Positions 45,673 through 59,289 of a stretch of DNA of 64,000 nt are shown here, piece by piece. The position numbers and the translations under genes were made by a program. Within the stretch, counting starts at the first letter, position 1. Each line of letters begins with the position of its first letter. The notes beneath the pieces were generated by a model. That model ran no database searches, was not told the DNA's origin, and saw nothing but the letters and a program-made list of their open reading frames with translations. Origin of the DNA: Podarcis melisellensis. Lineage: Eukaryota. Where the stretch lies: the NCBI GenBank assembly GCA_964234715.1, contig OZ174275.1; one strand, written 5' to 3'.

Positions 45673-48600
45673 TATGAAGTAAGGTGCATAGAAGGTGCAA
45701 GTGAGAATGTATACACTAACTAAAATATATTGGACCGCTGCTCAAGTTTTCAATCCCTTGCGGGGTTACTCACAAGCAATGCTTGTTGTACAGGACTCTA
45801 AATCAGGGCTCTGGTTCAGTGCAATATGGGTGCAATAACACATATTGATTTTCCTTTATTTAAGATATTATACTGCTCATTATCCAGATTAAGTTGGGAC
45901 TGTTTATAATAAATTTCATTGATATCTTGCAGGATTGGGAGGGAAGTACCTCCATAGGCTTGAGTATGAAGGAAGGCTCTCTTACTCTGTTAAAAGGTCT
46001 ATAAGGTTTTGATTTATAACTGAACTGAGGGTCAAGGCAAGCAAAGCCATTATCATCATTCTTACACACACTAGGGAACTGAACTGTGTACAGAGGGCAG
46101 TGTACTTAAAAGGAGACATAAGGAAGGAGAATGTAACACAGATCTGTGTTGTTGTTGTTTTTTTAAATCTGACGTTTACAGATTCAAACAAAGGAATGTG
46201 ATATAGAACTCAGATAGTAAATGTACAGTCCAGCTTCTTTATTAAACAATGTGTGGCTAAAAGTTCTAGTTCGAAGCAGGAGTGAAAGCAACTTCCTTTT
46301 ACTTGTTCTACTTAAGGACCCAGTATTAGCCCACTGCAATATCACTCTTTTTCACTAGGAGCTACTTCCTTGTTTCAATAACCCTGGTAGTCCTCATTTT
46401 TGGAACATGTTGCAGTTGTGTTCTGATTCTTGGTAACCCTAAGTTACATGCATTTGTTCCATTTTGCTTATCACAAAGCTGTTCGCCATAAAGTTACATT
46501 GTCAACCCTTGGTTTACTTCAGGATAACTGGCATATTTTTGCAGAAATTCTGCCTTTGCAGAAACTGACAATGACTTAATTCCTGGATGCTAGGAGAAAT
46601 CTAGCAGTATTGTTATACCCTTTAGCTAACTTGGGGGGAGGGAAGAGGGGAAAGTTGCTGAGGTTGAATTTAACAAAACCAGATTTGCCCATAGACTTGC
46701 AAGCGCTTAGTGTGTGGACTTTTTAATGCTTCAGGTGACATTGCTGCTGACTGAAGAATGTTCATCAAATCATAAAACTGCTGATAAGCCAGCTTTCCCG
46801 AAAAGGAACCTTCTGTAGGTTTCTCAGACATTCTTAATACTGTACTTGAAGCTTAGTGGAAATGATTGAGATTATTAGAATATGTGGTGGAAAATGGGAG
46901 AGATCCCAAGGGTTTGACCATGCACTATCCCTTATGCCCGAATCTTAAAATATCATACCTGCTTGGAGTGTTAACAGCACAACATTATTGTTAACATGAG
47001 TGTGATATCATTTTGGGGTCATTACACTAGCACAGTGACATTGGCAGGCCTCATCCTAAATACTCATATGCTAGACCAACAATTCTTCAGATTAGATTAT
47101 TAGTCTGTGGGAAATTGTCATTTTTCTAATCTTTCTTTTGTCTAGTATCAACATCTATACATAGCAGTGCCAATACATTGTCTAAAATGGATATACTATA
47201 TTAGAAAGGTGACACACTGATATATAAGCATAGTGTACTTTTCCTTCATTGATATGTGCATAATTTTTATTGATTCTCATGATAGCTCTTTGAGGGAGGT
47301 CACTAATATTCCTTTTTAAGGACTGCCCACAATGTTATAACACTTCTCACTTTTCACTTATCTGTTGAAATCAAGAATACACAACATACGCCTGTGTGTG
47401 TGTGAAGAACGTCCAATTTTCCCTCGGCTTAAAATTGCAGCGTTAAAGTGCTTCACTTTAGCTTGATCACTCCCAACGTATTCTCTTTGAATCACTGATG
47501 GAGTATCATTTATTGACCCCCAAGGAATGCTGGGAGGTCATTTTCTTTCATTCTGGGTAGAGAAATGATCTCACAACTTTATCTGCTATGTTATATGTAA
47601 AAGTATAATTAAGAGTGGGGATCTTTGAGAGAATAAAAATGATATAGACCTGAATAGTTTAGATAGGGATGTTGTAGCATGAATATTAGCACCAGATCTG
47701 TATAACATTAAAAGATATGGAGAGGGGAGATAAATGGAACTAATTTATTTTGAATTTACACACATGCCTCAGTTTGTATTAATATTAAAGTTCTATCCAA
47801 AATCTAAATGGAAAGTCTGACATCTTAGAAGTTCTCTCAACAGCATCAGCAAATCATTCTTGTTTACCCTACATGCTAATAAAACGGGAGCATGACACTC
47901 CTGAAAACAAGATTGCAAAATACAGAAAATGTGGTCTGACATTTTTTTCTCCCCAAAGGAGGGACTGCCACTAACGAAAGTATTTCTTATGAAGGCTCGA
48001 TTGCTTAAGATGCAGAATATTAAGAGAGAAAAACACTTTAGGACACAGCCATGTCACCAGCTGTTACTCATTTCTAATGAAATTGTTAAGTGATATTCCT
48101 CATAAATAGGTCAGCGAAACTTTTGAATCACAGAGACTGTTTTATCTGTTTTCTCTGTGAAACGTTGGTATTAAATTTAGAATGGGTAATTCATTAAGCT
48201 CATTAGCTATCACTGGGAGAGTAGAGCACTTTCTAAGATGTAGGTTTCAGGGCTTAAAACGTTAGTGCTTACAAATAAACATGAAAGCAGTGTGTGCCGT
48301 AAAATATGGGATCATAATATTTTAAAGTATATTTTGAGGGAGGCCCTCTGGATTAATTATGAACATTTTGTAGAGTCCGACATTTACATATAAACAGCAT
48401 ATATTATGGCTTCTTGTTAACTGTGTTTTAGTATGAAAGAAGACAGGGAGCCTAGTTAAAAAACCAGTCAAAATTTACTGATTATTTCTGTTTTGGATAA
48501 AAATAACACATTTCTTTATGTGTTTCAGTCCTGCATGGCAAACTGTGGTTCCTTTTAAAACAAAGCACAATTAAAATCTACCAAGAAATAGTTTCTTATT

Positions 48601-49443
48601 TTGGTTCACTTACATAAAATGATAAGGAGGTAGCATCACCTCCACCCTTCAGGCAGATCAGTGCCTGGATGGGAGGCCAGGACCTGTGCCATGGAAGAGA
48701 AGTGAAAGATGTAAATGTATTAATAAATAACTTAGAGCAAAGCACCTCTGATTCTTTCCCTCTTTCCTTAAATTTCATTGACATATTTTAAATACATATG
48801 GTAAGCTCTTTTTTGGGGGGTGGGGTGGGGAGAGAGCATAATCCACAAATAGAAAAGAAGGTGCTAAATTACACGAGAGCTCCCATAGCAGGAATTCATA
48901 TGTGTAGCACTAGGGAAGGAAGAAGAACCTACCTGCTGCTGCCACAGCTGCCAACATTGCAGGCAGGTAAAATGTAGTGGAGGTGATGAAGTTGGGGGAA
49001 AGCTAGGAGATAACAGGGCTGGGAATGATGCTTTTCTCTCAGTGGCAATTGGGAGAGCAATTGCATCTAACAAAGCTTGTAACTTGGCTTGGAAATAACC
49101 GATTGTCCAACCTTTTCAGAAAAGTTTTCAGAGTCCATCTATGACTTGAACTGAGAGGTCTTTGACTATCTCAAAACAATACCGACCGACTTTAAAGAGT
49201 TATTGAAAGGGTTAGTGAGCAGGGACATTAAACACGGAATTATTATTACTAGAGGTAGTGAGGGATAAAATGTTATAAATAAAGAAGGCTGCATGTCAGT
49301 GTTATTAGCATGCAGATTCTTAGCACTTAGCGCAGAGCAAACTGCGTATGTTCTGTTAAGTTACTTTCAATCGACCCTTCCTTGTTCAGCATTGTTTGAT
49401 TTGATGCTAGCAGGTTCTAACTTGTAAATGAATGCATTTTCAG

Positions 49444-49518
49444 ATATCCCGTCATAGAAGGAATCATTCCCAACACAATTTAACACTTTCTGAGTTCATC
49501 AGCCCACTGGAGCAAACG
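49444..49518 (+). CDS. ARHGAP15: ARHGAP15 coding exon (exon 3), ISRHRRNHSQHNLTLSEFISPLEQT
   Basis: ttttcag|ATA ... ACG|gtaagc; 75 nt, phase 0-0. ISRHRRNHSQH matches recalled ARHGAP15. Confidence 0.95.
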
Positions 49519-52500
49519 GTAAGCAATTGTATTACAGAATTTACAATTTATTGATGTAGTTCTTTACTTCAGATTTCATTAATCAAAATGTAATGCATGT
49601 TTTTTGGAGGGTAAGTACTTAGGGCTGCAGATGCCTCAATATATTAATAGGGTGAAGAGAACTAAAGATTTGGGGGAAGGTTGGTTAAACAGTGAAAAGA
49701 ATAATTTTGGAATCTACAAACCATTGTGGTGAATGATATACAATTTCAATTACCCATTAACTCAAGAAAATTAAAGCTGACATTTCAGCAATACTAATAG
49801 ATATTTATTACATGATGACATTGCTTATCCAAAAATGGATATGTTCAGCAAAATGAATAAAATCAAGAGAAAATGCTAGGCATGAAGTTGCTTTCTGAAG
49901 AGTTTGCCACTCAGTGAGGAGCAGGGATAAACCTGTAGAAAACCTGTAGAAAAATTAGTCCTGGTGTGTTCCCCGTTTCCACTTGCACTATGGTTCCTAA
50001 AGTAGATGAGAAACTCTCAGATAGAGATAAGTCTGGATTTGCTGCCAATGTGCGCCCAACTCTGTTGTTCTGCTGGCACAGCATGTCTGCAGTAGCATGC
50101 TGGTCCCAATTAGTTGGCACCACCATGCCAAGTCCCAAGAATGAACCCGCATGCTTGGTTGGCTCCCTAGTGGTGTGGCTGAATAGAGAGAAAGCTTCTT
50201 CCCTCTGGTTCATGCCTAGGCAGTCTTTGCCATCACCAGCTTCTCCATCCTCCCTCCAGTACAGCACAGCTCAGCAAATATAGTGAAATTTGAAACACCT
50301 AAAATTTGAATAGCTAGATGATGAAAGTGACTTTAACTGAGAGAATGATTTTTGGACGTAGGGAGGGCAAACTGATTCTGTTGATATTCTGCTAAATCTA
50401 AGAACTATAGCTTGCTCTGTCAGAGAGAGTACAATCCCATCCAGGGCAGATAATTTCTTGGGCACAGGAACCAGTCACGCATGGAGCCTCTGACTTGCCA
50501 GGATTCAAACTCAGTTTATTTTCCTTCATTCAGTCCACCAAATTCTTTTTGCATTTGTTTTACAACTCTACTTGTTAATTCTGACTCTTGTGTTCTTGCA
50601 AGTTTTAATTAATAACTATTTTACTTGCAGTTTTTATAGAAGTGGGACTCTCTATTCATTTCAGAAGAAGAAACCCATTTCCAGTCGTGCATCATTTTTA
50701 TGTACCTAGAACCTCCCCTTCCTCCTCTCAAGGACGTAAGAGGCATATAACCAAATGTTGCCACAATGATGTGGGAACTGATTCTCCGTGGTACACCTCA
50801 GCGACTCTCCAGTAACATCTATATTGAGGAACCATGGGATGAGTGCAAATCCTTCTAATATAAATGTTGCTTGGTCCCTTGGAGAACAATGTGGCCTTGG
50901 AAAATCACTATGTCATTGTCCATACTCACATGGTTCCTCAATACAAATATTACCGAAGAAGAGTATATAAAACAAGACCACAGGTCAATTTCTACCATAT
51001 TGTTGCACTTATGTATGAATTGGGCCATGGAAGCCTTTGTTGACAGTAGTGCTCTGTATATGCACAGAAACTTCTTGCCAGCAAGATAAAATTCTTCTAC
51101 GGGTCTAACCTCCAAACCTCAGATCTAGATTGCAGTTGTCACCATACTCCTATGAATTCTTTGCTTTCAGGTAGATGTTCAAGGCCTCAGAATATGAACT
51201 GTATGAGAGAGATCTCAGAATTAACTATTTAGCAGATGTTTATTTGTATAAATAAAAAATAAATATCAAACTAAGTTTTTGGATCAGTGCAGTATGGTTT
51301 ATGGTGTAAATTTATTTGTTGCTTTGCTTTTACGGAGAACCTTTCGAATAGGAAATCTCATCTCCTGAACATTTTCCTAATCTAGGAAATTCATCCGCCC
51401 TCTACACTGGCCTCCACCCATTTAGCTGACATATCCCAACTGCTCCTTCCTTCCCCAGCGTCCTGCCCTCCAATAGATTCCCCTTCCCTCTTACCATAAC
51501 ATTCCATTCTCCAGGCAATTCTTCCTCCTATCCAGTCATGCTCCAGAACACAGACCTTCTTTAAAGCAATGCCCCACTGCTCTCAGTAAGACTTCTGAAT
51601 AATTTTTTATACTGACTTCATAATTTTTTTCCTTGCCATTATGTAAAATATACAAGCACACAGATAACATCTATAGAGATATTGCACGGCATAGTCACGT
51701 AGATGCATTAACTGCATGAAATATGAACAAGCATAAAGCAATAAAAGCATGTCATTTTATCCTTTCCTTCGCCCCTATACAGAGTCCTTGAATTCTTCTG
51801 CCTTATTTCTGTGCTCGTTTATGTTCAGGGCTATTGCTCCCTCAACCTTTCTTCAGCTAGAAAGGTGCAGGAACAGTACAGCTAAAAAACAACACCCCCA
51901 AACAAATGATGGATATTTATTGAGGCAGAAAAGATAGCAAGTGCTGTAAGGACATTTCATGTTCAGTAATCTCATGCCATCCATCTGTGGAAGGAATGAA
52001 ACGATAACCTGAATCCTCCTGGAAGGATTGTGATGGAGACATTTGAACAGATGCTCACCAATGCAAAACACACGTGTCTTTCTCTGGTGCAGTTTTGACG
52101 TAATGTTTCCAACCTCTGAGGCCTGGTCATGTGTCAAAGGTTCAAAGAAAAGGACTGTGGGAAGAGAGCATGTAATTCTGTGGCTCACTGCCTCCTCACT
52201 GTTACATCTGTGTCAGCCCAGAGTTGCAATTTCTGGTTGTCGCCTGTTTCCATTGGAATAAACTACTTCGGCAAGAGGGGGAAATGACCAAAATTGGGAT
52301 CTGTTTCAGAGAAACTAATCTGAAGCTTGGATGGTAAACAGGAGCCATCTCCAATTCACATTTTAGCCAGGGGAAAATAACTTCCTTCCTTGTATGTATC
52401 CTGGCAAGAACAGTGTGCATATGTAAGGTACAGAATGAGAAGGGGAACAGGCCAGATGTTTGCTATAATCTTGGTGCCATGGGGTGGGAGAAGGCTGGAT

Positions 52501-53697
52501 GATTTATGTGAACATGATCAAAAAATCCTTGCATTGCTTTATGGAGCAACAACCTGATTCTGAGTGGAGCAACAATCTGTTTATTGAGGAACAGTTCTTT
52601 GGGTGATCCATTTTTTTCTTCGGCATTCAGTACTGAAAATATGGTCCAACATACACAAATCTATGCATTAGTACCTATAGCCTGTGCTTCCAAAAATTTC
52701 AGGAGCTCATGAAGAACGTGTGTTATGTAGCATATGCGTTGCCCAACATGTTCCAAAATCTCAGCTGTTCATAAAAATGCAGAGTATGCTCCTGATACTG
52801 TAACATACGTTTTTGTATTTATATTCCAAAATTTGGCTTACATATAATGAAAACAAACAATATTATATATGAATCTTTTATGGACTGTTTGCATATTTTA
52901 ATTAAAAAGTGTATTTTAAACTTAATAACTTATTTTATGGCAATAGATAACCTTATATAAAATTGTGCAGCAGTGTAATAAAATGCCTGCATCTCTAAGC
53001 CAGGCCTGAATAACTGAAGTGACCCACTGTAGTTGAATGCAGCACACAGGTCCAGTGTTGTAGCCTGCTAGTAGGCTGACAAACTCCTTGTTTTGGCAGT
53101 CCTGGGGAGAAAAAGCCAAGGAATTTATCAAGAGGTTTATTGAGGCTTTGGAGAACCACCACACAGGGCTGGTGGCTCTGTCTAAGTTCGTAAATTGTGC
53201 AGACCTGAATTCAAATATAAGCAGAGGTGAGGTAGTAGTCCAACCAATGTGGCGTTAATTTCTGTATCCTATCTTGTTTCATGGGCTCTGGGCAGTCTCA
53301 AGCCCTATATTCTGCACCTGTTCAGACCAAAGTTCAGAATCTTCTAGGCCACTATGAGAAATTTCATATGGTGGCTTGTAGCTATCCACTGTTGGATCCT
53401 AGGGCAAGTGTTTCTACTAGTGGGTCCTGCTAAGATACATGGCTGCTAGCTGCTGCTAAAGGATGCCTTTTGCTTTTCCCGGCCCTTCACTGATACGTTT
53501 TCTTGCAACATTTCTGTTCGTTTTTTAAGACTTTGTAGCAAGCCCTTCAACACACAATACCTGCCTTAGCTCAACTAGGTTTAAGCTGCATTTGTGAACA
53601 TATATTAAAACAATTGGGTGGGAACTAGTTTCTTTGGCAGTATGCCAAACCTGAAAGCACAAATAAGAATTTAGCATATGTTTGTTCTTTATTGCAG

Positions 53698-53756
53698 GTA
53701 ATCAAAGAAGGGTGTCTTCTAAAAGCTAAAATTGCAGATGGAGGCAAGAAGCAAAG
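53698..53756 (+). CDS. ARHGAP15: ARHGAP15 coding exon (exon 4), start of PH domain VIKEGCLLKAKIADGGKKQ(R)
   Basis: ttctttattgcag|GTA ... AAG|gtatga; 59 nt, phase 0-2. KEG.L.KAKIADGGKK motif. Confidence 0.95.
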
Positions 53757-56291
53757 GTATGAGGCAATAACCAAAACTTACAGTATAAGCAAAAGTGTTA
53801 GAAAGCTCATTATCTCTTGAAGGGGGGTAGCTATAAGAGCCTGACTTGCAGACTAAGCTCAAAGTATCATAGTAATTTCATAAGGTGACATCATATGGTA
53901 CACAGAATTCATGGGTCTTTCTTCTGTATTATAAATTAGGAAGTGTAATATATTTCTATGTTGTTAATCTGCAGCAAATACATAGTTTAAGAACATTGGG
54001 GTTCGATTATGATAAAAGTTTCACAAAATAATGTATTTTATCCATTGGGTGCCTTTTTTGTTTTTAAAGTGATTTCAGTGGAAGCAGAAACAAGATACTG
54101 ATTCATTATCTTTAATTGTAGCAATTCTTTTTTTGCCCTGGGAACTTGCTAGATTTTCATTTTCTTAAGTTTTAACCCTCCTAATGTTGTTGTTGTTGTT
54201 TTAAAAAGCCCCCAAACAGAGTCCTTTAAAAAGAAAAGCATTAAACTGGGGAATCTTTTAGAAATAAGTGCATCCTGCTGTGTTTTCATAATAGGTGCTG
54301 TATTAGCAAGCTGCAGTTCTTGTGCCACTTCTGCCCTCAGCCTCAGGCAGAGGACTTGAAACTGGCAGTGGCAAGCACATGGATCACTCTGCCCAGACCG
54401 TAATTTGAGGGGAAGGGAAATCGTTGCTTTTCAAACTGGAGGTGGAAATGTCATTAGTAATTAGTGATTATTGAGTGTAGAAAATATATTGGGATTCAGA
54501 GGCTGGATTAGCAGATTTTTGAGGCAACTTCAACTCAAAAATTCTGTGTCTGGAATCTGGATTGTCACGGCTGTATTTCTTCTTCATAGTGACTGTGGTA
54601 ATTTACAGCTGATTTCACTGTATTTTCTTTCTGAGGCCGTACAGTCTTATGGACATATAGTATCTTAGTTTTCACTTGGAGAATGGAGTGCAGGAGGCAG
54701 GTAGCTATCTCTCTGAAGAGTTAAGTTTTTACGTAGAGCACCATTTTCATGTCAGGAGACCCTTTCGAACAACCAACTCTGCAGGAAAAACTGAAGTAGT
54801 ATTGTTCTGTGAGAAGACTGTAGTACCAGAGTAAGTGAACATTTAAATTGGTTTATATAGTCACTAAACTCCTGGGTTATCACTTGGGTCAAATAACCTT
54901 TTTCTAATGAAGGAGTAGCCACCATTGTCCTCTCCCAACTCCCATCTTCAACCATTGACTATACAGGCTGGGGCTGGTGGGTCCAAAATTGGCACTGTAT
55001 TGAGTGCCCCTGTTCTAATCAAATGACTGCTCGAGCATTTTATTTATTAATTGCATGTATTTTACCTTGCCCTTTGTACAAGTAAAGCTTAGGGTGGGAA
55101 TTTGTCCTTCTCCTTTCCCCCCCACAAGAGCCTCAAGGGATAAGTCCCTTATCAAGGGATAAGGAAGGGGAGTCACTCAGTGCAATCCATGTGGCTGAGA
55201 GGAGCTTGAACCTAGTCAAACAACTCAGCCCACATGAATCTTAACTCAAGACTTCATCCTATTCCAAGAATCTTTAGGGCAGCCAGATGAAAGAGAGGGA
55301 GCACGCCTGCTGAAATTCTCGTTTCCACACAACTATTAAAGGTGTATGAGCCCTTTTCCTTATTTGGATCTGGCCCCTTTGTGAAGAAGTGAAGCATGTC
55401 TGCAAAATTAAATGTTGCCTAAATCTGCTCATGCTATTTTTGAGAATGCTTTTGCCATTTATACAAAATAAAAGATGTGTGGAATCTATTAGTAACTCTT
55501 CATGCCCAGTACAGGAAAACAATGCCTGATCTTCCTGCTCCTGTGGTTAAACATTGGGGGGGGGGCCCCGAAATGGAGGTGTCATAATTTTTGTTATAAA
55601 CCTAGAATTACCCACTTAAACTTAAGTCCCTGCTTCTCTAAGAACATATAGCAATCAATGCAAACTGTGTTGGTCTTATAGTGTGCTGCCATCAGGTGTC
55701 CATTTGCCAGAATGCAAATACAGTGGTCACAAGGAGAAAGCTGTAGAAGTTCATTGCTTTTAGTTTACAAAAAGCTGCTTGAAGTTTGACATTATGTTTT
55801 AGGCAGCTGTGTAGTTCATATTTATCTTTTTGCATGAAAACAGTTTACAGGTGTTCTATATCTGAGAGTTGCAGGGTTTTTTCTCTCTCTCTCTCTTGCA
55901 TCGTTTTGATGCAGCATTCTAACTGATTTTGTCTCCTTTTAATCTGTTGCTAAACTGTCATGTTGGGGCCACCAGACAAACCTCAACATGGTGTCATTCT
56001 TTAAAATGTATTTAATCAATTTTGTTAGGTTAACTTTTATTTCAAAAAAACCCCCCAAAACTTTCCTGGCAATCCAAAGATCAAAAGCTGCAGTCACACC
56101 ATCTGTCCAGCTGTATATTTTACCTTTTGCTGAACTGATTTTTTCTAAGACAGAAAAAACCCCACCCCTGACTCTATATGGAATTGTATGTATATTTCAT
56201 AATGCTAAAGACATGTATTTCTACATAAATGTTAGCAATACTAGAGTATGCTGTCCTTTGCATGTGATAGTTCCATTTTTCTTTTTAACCC

Positions 56292-56428
56292 AGGGCAGGG
56301 GAAAATTTACTCCTCTGGATGTTATTTTACTACAACTCTCATCATTTGATACCACCAGCCATGCTGACTGGGGCTGATGGAAGTTGGAGTCTAACAACAT
56401 TTGGAAGGTTCCAAGCTACCCTCTGCCT
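56292..56428. mobile_element. Short palindromic non-autonomous (hAT-like) element; related remnants near 2302, 11560, 39572 and 54933
   Basis: Shared motif tacaactc(c)catca...ccagccatgct...ggggctgatgg(g)agttg..gt with internal inverted symmetry. Confidence 0.6.
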
Positions 56429-56939
56429 TAGTATCCCTCTTTTTCTTAACAAACCTCAAAGCTGGTGCTACTGATTCAGTTCACCTTAGCCTAGGGTACA
56501 ATGCTCTTCTGGGATGCCAATCCACCCAATGAATACCAGTGCTCTGGAACCTTTTGCATAGAATACTATTTTGGACCTCCCCCCCCCCCACCTCCGTGAA
56601 TATATACTTAAAAAACAACAGCTAAGGAAATGTTGTTGTTTTTTTAATGTGCCAGTATTTCAGAAAACAAGAGGAAGTAATGCTAATGAAACTCATATAT
56701 GACAGACAGAAATCTAAATGTAGGAAGTATGCCACGTCCATATGTGGTAAACACTGTGCCACAGTCCATTCTTTAGTTAGGAATAGAAGTTCAGGCTAAT
56801 GTAATCCTGACATTCATTACTTTAATATATTACTGAACTGGACTACAGAAACCCACTGCAGTAATAAATGAACTGGATCTTAAAAACATCTAAGTTCTGG
56901 TGTTTGTCTCTGCCTTCCCACTTTGCAAAGTGGCTTCTA

Positions 56940-57181
56940 CAGTGGTACCTTGGGTTACATATGCTTCAGGTTACATACACTTCAGGTTACAGACTCCGCT
57001 AACCCAGAAGTAGTACCTCGGGTTAAGAACTTTGCTTCAGGATGAGAACAGAAATCGTGCTCTGGCGGTGCGGCGGCAGCGGGAGGCCCCATTAGCTAAA
57101 GTGGTGCTTCAGGTTAAGAACAGTTTCAGGTTAAGAACGGACCTCCAGAACGAATTAAGTACTTAACCCGAGGTACCACTG
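56940..57181 (-). mobile_element. 242-bp CAGTGGTACC MITE, reverse orientation
   Basis: TA|cagtggtaccttgggttaca ... cccgaggtaccactg|TA; reverse complement of the 7435 copy. Confidence 0.93.
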
Positions 57182-58793
57182 TACAGGATAGGATCTACAT
57201 ATTTAGCATGCATTAATCCTATTCAAATGATGGACCAGAAGTAAAATATCTGGAGTGGCAGTACTGATTGTCCCAACTTTCTCAGACTGTCGCTGGATAT
57301 TTCTATTCTGCTTTTCAGTCTAAAGAAACAAATGAAAAAATTGTATCTGCTTACAAAATGACGACAAACCGTGATGGGCCTTGCTCTAGCAAAACATGAA
57401 CCTTTGCATGGACTTCAGTGAAAGTGTTCTACTTATTATGCCAACTTGAGACACGACAGAGAGTACAACTGTAAATCCCCTTACTTGGAAGTAAATTCAT
57501 TTTAATTATTTCCACTTGTAGTAAATGGCAATATTCAAGCAATAGCAGTACATCTACTGCAGCAGAACTGCAGAGCCACCCTCCTAACACCAGGGCTGCT
57601 GCTGCTTACCTGGATGGGGTTGGGTTGGAGTGGTAACCCTGAAGGGGCCAGTCTCGTGCTCCTTCCAGTACACCTGTGCTCCTAACCTTGCCACCTCCCA
57701 GCCCAGCAAGCCCACCATATGCACCACTACTGAAGCCAAGGCAGACTTAAATACATTTGAGCCAACTGATTTCAGTGGTTTATGTCCACTTAATTTTGTG
57801 CTGCATTGTGGCAAATCTTTGTAGTCAACAAGTTGCAAATGATGCAACATTATCATCTTTGAAATCCATTATAATTGCCTTCAAATGGTGAATCAAAGCA
57901 CTTGAGCTCTAACATGGCTCACACAAGTCTGCAGATTGAATTTGATGGTAATTTCAAACAGGGCATCTTTCCCCATGAAATATGAGGTGATACGGCTTCA
58001 TGAGACTACTACTGTCCCAAATAAGCTAAACATTTAAATCAGATCTTGCTATAAAGAGTTTAAGACTGAGGTGACAGCTTTAGCAGAATTTCACTCATTA
58101 CACAGAGGCAAACTTGGTTTGCCAACAAAAGAAGACTCAGCAAGGAAGACTCTCTAAGTGTATGCATCTATTATATGCATGGGTTTTTTAAAATACATAT
58201 CGGATGTTTATATATATTCTTAAATGCTGTATATCTTTTTAAAATGCAAAGCATTAAGTAGTCCTATAGAACTAGTTTCTTCAGCTCTTTTGATAGCTCA
58301 TTATCCTCTTTCCTTTATTCTTCTACTTTGTTTCATCCTGATTTCCTACCACTTGCTGTGCTGTGAATTGGTCTTGCAGTAGAGCAACCTAGAAAGCATA
58401 GTTGTCATAATCAGACTACTGAACCAGTCTTGTAAATATAACTAAGGATAAAGCTGTAGCTGTTTGGACACAGCATCTGAGCTACCAAAACATTGGGCTA
58501 AACCCATGCAGTTGCAATTCTGTCAATATTAGAAGAGATGTACTGAATACTGTTTTGAATTTGGATCGTGTTCTTAAGTGCACGCCTGACTGCCCAGCTT
58601 GGAAAATCAAATAAACTTTATTCTAGCAGATGACCGTTATATGTAAATAGTTTGGAACCCTGGGCTCAGTAGTGCTGCTTGTGGTGGGGCTGAGCTGCAG
58701 GGGTTCACCAATCTAGTGGTCCTACTTTTGCAATCATTATCCCCAACCCACACCACTGGCCTGCCTTGCTCCAGCCCTCTCTAGGTAAGCAGT

Positions 58794-58840
58794 AGTAATG
58801 GTTTCTGGAGTAATGGTTTCTGGAGTTTCTGGAGTTCTGA
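58794..58840. repeat. Short decaying tandem repeat (agtaatggtttctgg x2, then agtttctgg, agttctga)
   Basis: Read directly from the sequence, about 110 bp upstream of exon 5. Confidence 0.8.
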
Positions 58841-58949
58841 TGCATCACATGTGCTTGGCCTGCAAAAGTGAATCTGTCTTTATGTACAAAGTAATCTATG
58901 TTTGCTTAATTGATCCTTTTTCAATAAAACTGTTGTTATTTCTTTAAAG

Positions 58950-59037
58950 GAAAAACTGGACAACTTCTTGGCTTATTCTCACCGGTCAGAAAATAGAATT
59001 TTACAAGGAATCCAAGCAGGCAGCCGCGGCCAATCTG
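58950..59037 (+). CDS. ARHGAP15: ARHGAP15 coding exon (exon 5), PH domain (R)KNWTTSWLILTGQKIEFYKESKQAAAANL
   Basis: tttctttaaag|G ... CTG|gtaagc; 88 nt, phase 2-0, completes the split AG/G Arg codon. RKNW..SW..L....IEFYKESKQ motif. Confidence 0.95.
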
Positions 59038-59289
59038 GTAAGCAGCTCACTTTCTTACGCCTTTTTCTTTTTCAGAAATGTTGTTGAACATAAAGTTTGG
59101 CATCATAAAAGAGCACAGAACTATTAAGCCTTAGACTTCTAAGATCTGATGTAAGAAAATGACTCAATAAACTTTTAATCAGATGAGAGAGGAGGGGAAA
59201 TAGAACTCAGCATATCTTTTATTAAGAGGTGCTTTTTGAAAATAATTGCAAAGTGAGACGGATGGTGAGTGGCTCTCCAGTAATGTGGA

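Noticed and set aside
49911-50283. Overlapping ORFs on both strands (118 and 105 aa)
   Set aside because: No recognisable motifs or consistent splice signals; expected by chance in 64 kb.
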